Shown: in pieces, positions 58,080-64,000 of the stretch
Position numbering within the stretch: the stretch's first letter is position 1
Layout: each line of letters starts with the position of its first letter
NCBI RefSeq assembly: GCF_964204645.1
Contig: NC_134025.1
Coordinates: 16,591,101-16,655,100, forward strand
Reading direction: 5' to 3'
DNA length: 64,000 nt
Source of the DNA: Tubulanus polymorphus
Taxonomy: Eukaryota; Animalia; Nemertea
Notes under the pieces: model-generated
Told to the model about the DNA's origin: nothing
What the model saw: only the letters and a program-made list of their open reading frames with translations
The model's database searches: none
Translations under genes and position numbers: made by a program

Positions 58080-58757
58080 TCATTTCGGATCCTTGATATC
58101 AAATTCCTCAACGTATCGTTCATTATTTGGATTATTGTTCCATTGATCAATAAATTTCTTTGCCTTTGTTAACTGTTCTAAATATAACGGTAAATCTAGT
58201 TTATTAGATTTGATTTGATTTTCTTTCTTTTCTAAAGGTCTTAAATTTTTCCAACCCCAAATAAGTTTTTTATTGTATTCATCATTCATGTTAAATTTAG
58301 ATATTGGTAACACATGATCAATATGGTAATAATCCCCATAATTATCTATATTCATTTTATCATCAAATTGAAATATAATCCATGATTTGAGAAATTCATC
58401 TGAACAACCCAATAGATAAGATAGTGTTTCTGAATGTGTTTCTTTGTTGAATAATTGTGTTAATCTAGTCCTTAAGCATTGTTTCAATCTAAAATTAAGA
58501 TCTGTTTGATATCTTTCTCTCATATATTCTGCCATATAATAATTATAATGTTCTATATTATCTTCTCGATATTGTTTAGTATATAGTTTAGTGCAAGTTT
58601 TACAGCAATATTGAAAACCATCTTTGCTAATCTTACGCTTACTAAATTCTGTTAAAGCTAATTTATCTAATTCACATTTAGAACACTTCTTGTAATATAT
58701 GTTTATAACGCCAGTGTTATTTGTAATATTGATAGTTTGTGGTTGTTCTGGTTCCAT
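58080..58757 (-). CDS. HNH-type endonuclease
   Basis: CSKC..CKTC, HIDHVLPISKF, WKNLRPL..EN..KSN. Confidence 0.82.
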   Translation of the reverse strand: MEPEQPQTINITNNTGVINIYYKKCSKCELDKLALTEFSKRKISKDGFQYCCKTCTKLYTKQYREDNIEHYNYYMAEYMRERYQTDLNFRLKQCLRTRLTQLFNKETHSETLSYLLGCSDEFLKSWIIFQFDDKMNIDNYGDYYHIDHVLPISKFNMNDEYNKKLIWGWKNLRPLEKKENQIKSNKLDLPLYLEQLTKAKKFIDQWNNNPNNERYVEEFDIKDPK

Positions 58758-59057
58758 TTATTATACGTATTTTTGCACGTTTGTAATAATGATTCATAAT
58801 ATCTCGGCGTCATAGTAACAACTGTAACAGCTGTGAATTTATAGATTTATTCCATAGCTCTGTACATTGAATGTATATAGGCTCAAATAGAATCATTTTC
58901 TAGTATAAACATCGGATCCTCAACGTATTGTTCATTATTTGGATCATTATTCCATAATTCAATAAATTTCTTTCCCTTTGTTAACTGTTCTGAATATTCT
59001 AGTTTCAATTTATTCTCTAAATGTGTTTTAGTTTTATTGTGTCTTGCTTTTTGGGAT

Positions 59058-62000
59058 TTACGCTAGAATCCTTTTCATAATCTCATTTTCTTTTGTTTCT
59101 TCTCTTTTGAATTTTATATATTCATCTAAATTGCAACCATAGGCGACTGTGTGGATTCCATCATCTAAAATATATCTTTTATCATCAAATGGGTTTAGAC
59201 TTATCTTCTCTATCTCTTCAATAAACATTTCGTGGTACTCAGATCTTAAACATTTCATTTTATGTTTTCTAACTTCTTCATTAAATATACAATTGATGTA
59301 ATCTTTAAAATGAATATTCTTTTCAACAACGCTTTTGGTAATTCCTTTTAACTTTTTAGCTTCATGAGTTTTAGTTTTATAACTATACATTTTAGATCTA
59401 ATACCAATGAACTCTATCATTTCTTCACCACCTAATTCATCCTTAAACTTCCCAGGAACTTTTTTATTATCATTGGTAAACAATTCATGATTTTTTGGAT
59501 AGTTACTGAAATCAAAATGATGTTTTAATGTTTTTAAGTCATCAGTTATGTTATTAGTTTTTATCTTTAATATGTAACTGTCAGTATCGAAATATAAGAT
59601 TTCTATATGCTTTTCTCCAAAATGAGGTTGTAATACATTATAATAGAATTCATACATCAATAGCTTTGAAATTTCTAAAACTGCAGCTCCAACATAAATT
59701 GGTTTATTAAATTTCATTGAAGTTCTTTTCATTTTAACTGCTGCTAAATTTTCATCAAATATTCTGTTACCTATAAACTTAGGATATGATTGTAAATGCC
59801 TTATCCTTTTACCATTACTAACTAACTCAATATCATTTCTATTTCTAATATTTTCACAAGTCTTACCATAGAACGCATTATTCATTAACTTAAAAAAATC
59901 TTTTTCAAAATCAGTTTTAGATTTAGTTCTCTGTGTAGTATTAAAATCTATATATTTTTCTAACCATTTAGATTGACTGAATGAAATATATCTATGTACT
60001 TTTTTTAATATCATTCCTTGTCTCAAATAGAATTTTAACATTCTATAATGTAGTACATAATTATATTTATCTTCTTGAGTTACCATTAACTTTTCAGTAT
60101 GAATATGATTTTCGGGTTTAATTCTTTTTTGATAATTTGATAATTCTTCATGTTTAACAGTTTTATGTTCGGGACAATATGCTAGATTTCTAGATTTGAA
60201 TTTAATATTTTCAGGGTATTCTAAATCTACAACAAAGAAGTAACCAGTCTCTGAATCATCTGCAATATCTAGGATTCTTTTCTTCCAATCAAATTTATCA
60301 ATTTGTAAAACTTCAGTTATTTCAAACATCCCATAAGGTTGTGGTTCCATCATTGCCCAACCATAAAGATTATTTGCATCTATGTATAATAATTTATATC
60401 CGGGGTTATCATTTACATTGAAATATCTATCACCCAATACACCTGAAACACCTCCTCTTATAGATTTTTCAAATAATAGTAATTGATCTATATTTGTTAA
60501 CAAATCCATTTTTATATCTGTAAATTTTAATCCACAATCCCATGTTAATCCTGGTGATGAATAACAATGACAAGGATCAATATTAAAATATTTTAGGTTT
60601 ACATCTCTAAACCTTTCAAATATATCAGTTAATAATAATACATCTGATTTTAAATATAAATCTACTAATTGTCCATGATTTTTAATTTCGAAATGATTCC
60701 AAATATTCAATGTTCTATTATATACTTCATCTTTAACATATTCATTTTTTAATTCATCATAGAATTGTTCTTTTAATAATTCAGTTATATTAAAATCATT
60801 ATGTGATTTATAAAATGAATATGGAATTGCTCCTTTATATCTCATTAATTGAAAATCATCATTATTTGGGTAATGTTGTTTTAATATTTGTAATTCATCA
60901 TCAACTAATGATTTTGATAGATTGTCTAATGAACTACTTAAAAATCTATATGAATCTATAAATCTTAAGCATCCAAATTGGAAAGATATATAATTCTCAG
61001 ATGTTTTAGCTAGCATTTTAAATTTATAAGTTGATACTTTGTCATCTTTTAATCTATTTGAATTTAATATTTCTATTTCATTATTGATTTCTTCTATTTT
61101 ATGGCATAACTGTTTGATAAATAAATGTGCGTCATATCCTGATAAATAATGAAATATTACTGGAACAAAATTGATTTTCTTAGCTTGTAAGTTACAATTC
61201 TCATGCGCCGCGCCTCTAAACTTTCCATTCAAATGATCATGGTCTCTTACTTTTTTATCTTTATAATTGAATATCTTTTCACAATAATAACATTTATCTG
61301 CAAACACGAATTCTTCTTTATCTTCTTCTGTCATAATTATTTCTTTATTTGTATTCAATAATTTACTAAATCTTATTTCATATTCAATTAATAAGTCACA
61401 AAAATGATTGATAACATTTTCATTTCTATAATTATAATATTCACTTTCAATTAGTTCTACATAATCAGATTTTATATATAACCCGAAAGCTGCAGCTGAT
61501 TGATGAATCTTTTTAATAGTATTTGTTTTTGGTGGTTCTTCTGAATAATCACTTTCATTAGAATTTAATTTCTTTCTTTTATAATATATATCTTTTCTAT
61601 CTTTATCTGTTAATTCTTTATTTAATGATTCAAAATCTCCATATATTACAAATGGTACTTTATTTTTGTAATCATATTTTTTGAATTCTAATACTTTATC
61701 TTTTTCATTTGGTAAAACTAATTTACAATAATCATGATTATCACATAGTTGTTTATGATTTAATAATGCACTTTCAGTTCTGAATTTAGTTATACATTTT
61801 CTACATAGATATATTTTATTATCAAAATCATTTTCTGATTTGAAAAATAAATCAATACGTTTTATCCACATATAATGATTCTCATAATATAGTATATCTA
61901 TAACATCCTTTGAATCATAATCTTTTGATAGATATAAAGGTTCCAATGTATAATGTTTTATGTTGTTACCTTTTGTATTTGGTAATTTGATTAAATCAAA

Positions 62001-63122
62001 TACATTTATTCTTAAATTATTATCTCTTTCTATCTTTGGGATGTCTTTAATTATAACAGGATACTTATCTATCTTATAATTATTTTCAAATGGTTTATAA
62101 TGAGTTAATCTAAAACTATGTGTAATATCTTCTGTTGGATGTAAACAACTTATTATAGCCCATAGAAAACATTTATCATCTTCATTTTGTACATTTATTA
62201 CAGCATTAGTTTTAAATGGTAGTTTAATATAACTCAATGCTTCAATATCTGGTTCTTTATAATATGATACATTATTTTCATCTATTGGTTTTGATTTAGT
62301 TAACTTATTATATTTTGTGTTATAAACATGTAAAGTCATAAATATTATCTCATCAAATATTAAACCAGATCCTTCAAAATATTTCTCTTCTATTTTAGTT
62401 TTTACTTCATTATAACATTTATCTAATTTATCATCTATATGTTGTTTAGATATAATATGTTGTGAATGAGAATTTATATTATATATTGGTTTATCTTCAG
62501 ATTTTATAAATTTAACTTTTGATGAAATACTAATTTTAGGGTATTCAACATCAGTTATTATTTTTATTATTTCTTTCATATTTTCTAAATGTTTTTTATT
62601 TTCTTCTATTGTTTTTCCTTTATGAAATTTAAACTCAATAGCGGCTGGCCCTATATCACTTTTAAATGCTTCGGTTATTTCTATATCTTTTTTATTATCT
62701 AATGAATTAATATAATTTCTTACATCTTCCATATATGGTCTTTTATTGTTTAATTTATTTTTTATTCTTTTAATTGTCTTCTGTTTCTTATCGTTATCAT
62801 TATCAAAATAATCTTCACCTAAAATATCATTATTCTTATTTCTAATATGACTTATAGATTTTAAATGTTCTTTATAATATCTTTTATCACTGAATGATTG
62901 ATTACATGTATCACATTTGTATGTTTCTTTTTCATTCTTTAATTCTTCTAATTTAGTTTCTAATATATCATCTTTATATTCTAGTTTCAATTTATTCTCT
63001 AAATGTGTTTTAGTTTTATTGTGTCTTGCTTTTTGGGATTTATCTATATTGATATTACATGTTGGACAGTAGTACTTATTTGCTTCCATTTTAATACTAA
63101 ATTTTTTATTAAAATTGAACAT
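59058..63122 (-). CDS. Second intact pPolB copy
   Basis: Differs from the left copy at Q/H, N/Y and F/L, and lacks the last Cys. Confidence 0.95.
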   Translation of the reverse strand: MFNFNKKFSIKMEANKYYCPTCNINIDKSQKARHNKTKTHLENKLKLEYKDDILETKLEELKNEKETYKCDTCNQSFSDKRYYKEHLKSISHIRNKNNDILGEDYFDNDNDKKQKTIKRIKNKLNNKRPYMEDVRNYINSLDNKKDIEITEAFKSDIGPAAIEFKFHKGKTIEENKKHLENMKEIIKIITDVEYPKISISSKVKFIKSEDKPIYNINSHSQHIISKQHIDDKLDKCYNEVKTKIEEKYFEGSGLIFDEIIFMTLHVYNTKYNKLTKSKPIDENNVSYYKEPDIEALSYIKLPFKTNAVINVQNEDDKCFLWAIISCLHPTEDITHSFRLTHYKPFENNYKIDKYPVIIKDIPKIERDNNLRINVFDLIKLPNTKGNNIKHYTLEPLYLSKDYDSKDVIDILYYENHYMWIKRIDLFFKSENDFDNKIYLCRKCITKFRTESALLNHKQLCDNHDYCKLVLPNEKDKVLEFKKYDYKNKVPFVIYGDFESLNKELTDKDRKDIYYKRKKLNSNESDYSEEPPKTNTIKKIHQSAAAFGLYIKSDYVELIESEYYNYRNENVINHFCDLLIEYEIRFSKLLNTNKEIIMTEEDKEEFVFADKCYYCEKIFNYKDKKVRDHDHLNGKFRGAAHENCNLQAKKINFVPVIFHYLSGYDAHLFIKQLCHKIEEINNEIEILNSNRLKDDKVSTYKFKMLAKTSENYISFQFGCLRFIDSYRFLSSSLDNLSKSLVDDELQILKQHYPNNDDFQLMRYKGAIPYSFYKSHNDFNITELLKEQFYDELKNEYVKDEVYNRTLNIWNHFEIKNHGQLVDLYLKSDVLLLTDIFERFRDVNLKYFNIDPCHCYSSPGLTWDCGLKFTDIKMDLLTNIDQLLLFEKSIRGGVSGVLGDRYFNVNDNPGYKLLYIDANNLYGWAMMEPQPYGMFEITEVLQIDKFDWKKRILDIADDSETGYFFVVDLEYPENIKFKSRNLAYCPEHKTVKHEELSNYQKRIKPENHIHTEKLMVTQEDKYNYVLHYRMLKFYLRQGMILKKVHRYISFSQSKWLEKYIDFNTTQRTKSKTDFEKDFFKLMNNAFYGKTCENIRNRNDIELVSNGKRIRHLQSYPKFIGNRIFDENLAAVKMKRTSMKFNKPIYVGAAVLEISKLLMYEFYYNVLQPHFGEKHIEILYFDTDSYILKIKTNNITDDLKTLKHHFDFSNYPKNHELFTNDNKKVPGKFKDELGGEEMIEFIGIRSKMYSYKTKTHEAKKLKGITKSVVEKNIHFKDYINCIFNEEVRKHKMKCLRSEYHEMFIEEIEKISLNPFDDKRYILDDGIHTVAYGCNLDEYIKFKREETKENEIMKRILA

Positions 63123-63686
63123 AACACTTACCTCTCAACGCGTCCCACCACGTGTGAGTCCTACCACGTGTGAGTCCCGCCTATTTATACTACTCAACAG
63201 TGGGGGAAACCCAGCTGCGTGTTGAGACTTGTAAATTATGAGGCTTGTGATTGGCTAGTGTAATAGGGAATACTCAACTGTGATTGGATAGAGTAATACT
63301 CAACTGTGATTGGATAGATTAATAGTAAAATACTCAACTGTGATTGGATAGAGTAATAGGGAATATTCAACTGTGATTGGCTAATGTAGTTTTCTAGATG
63401 GGTTGTTCTAGAATCAACATGTAATACGCAATACTCAACGTGTTGAGGCTTGTAAATTATGAGACTTGTGATTAGATAGAGTAATAGGGGTTTAGTTGTT
63501 CTATATCAAAGGTTGAGAGGTTGAGGTTGATAAATTTTCCAAATGTTAAAATAATAATAATTTCTACTTGAATTAGGAGTGTACGCGACTAATTCAAGTA
63601 GAAATTATTGTTATTTTAACATTTTGGAAAATTTATCGACCTCGACCTTTCGACCTTTGGTATAGAACAACTAAACCCCTATTACT
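59060..63686 (-). repeat. E3 right TIR, 4627 bp, includes second pPolB
   Basis: Reverse complement of 41635-46261. Confidence 0.95.
63480..63686. repeat. 207-bp terminal palindrome (right)
   Basis: Mirror of the left hairpin. Confidence 0.93.
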
Positions 63687-64000
63687 AATACGGTTCAAAT
63701 CCAGAACAGGTATAAGTAGATCTGCGCAGAATCTGATCACGGCGGACTGGTATTTATCCGCCAATATTGGACTGCTAATCGTCGACTGATTTAACTCGTC
63801 GACAATGGCTACAATCCTAAATGTCGGCCGATTCTACTCGTCGACGGTGTCTACAATCCTGATTGTGAAAATCAACTGGGATCATTGGGCGTAAACTGTT
63901 TCAAATCCCCGCTGTAGAGTTCGCTGGGGTCGTGGGGCGTTAAGTGTTTCAAATATTCCCCTGTTGTGTTGTGTCTTCTTTTCGCGCCAAAATAATACAC

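Larger units (their letters stand above)
41635..63686 (+). mobile_element. Polinton/Maverick-like element E3, complete (22.05 kb), giant TIRs
   Basis: AGTAAT...ATTACT termini, 6-bp TSD AATACG (41629-41634 and 63687-63692), full gene set, nearly all ORFs open. Confidence 0.97.

Noticed and set aside
59060-63686. Right pPolB as a fourth independent element or an assembly duplicate
   Set aside because: A single TSD flanks the whole unit and the arms differ at several positions; long-read confirmation is still desirable.

Overview
AT-rich eukaryotic (probably invertebrate animal) genomic window made almost entirely of three related, integrated Polinton/Maverick-type (Polinton-like virus) genomes. 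E1 (<1..21910) is decayed and carries a BEL/Pao LTR retrotransposon in its polymerase, which in turn carries a MITE. E2 (22499..38914) has 90-bp TIRs and TSD GCTGTG. E3 (41635..63686) has 4627-bp TIRs that each contain a full pPolB gene, and TSD AATACG. Shared core genes: protein-primed PolB, RVE integrase, A32-like packaging ATPase, double-jelly-roll major capsid, minor capsid and several small membrane proteins. No adenain-type protease is recognisable. Most notable: 40 of 44 scored gene starts sit in the poxvirus late initiator TAAATG, often as T-run + ~6 nt + TAAATG, and E2 encodes a zinc-finger-fused homolog of poxvirus late transcription factor VLTF-3 (A2). Together these suggest endogenous virophage-like elements that depend on a poxvirus-type helper (inference). 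Also seen: a LAGLIDADG intein in the YxD|TD active site of E2 pPolB, a 24-27-bp GC palindrome inserted in-frame into different genes, G.T-wobble terminal hairpins, and a conserved structured non-coding motif. Protein family calls come from motif recognition by eye, not database searches.
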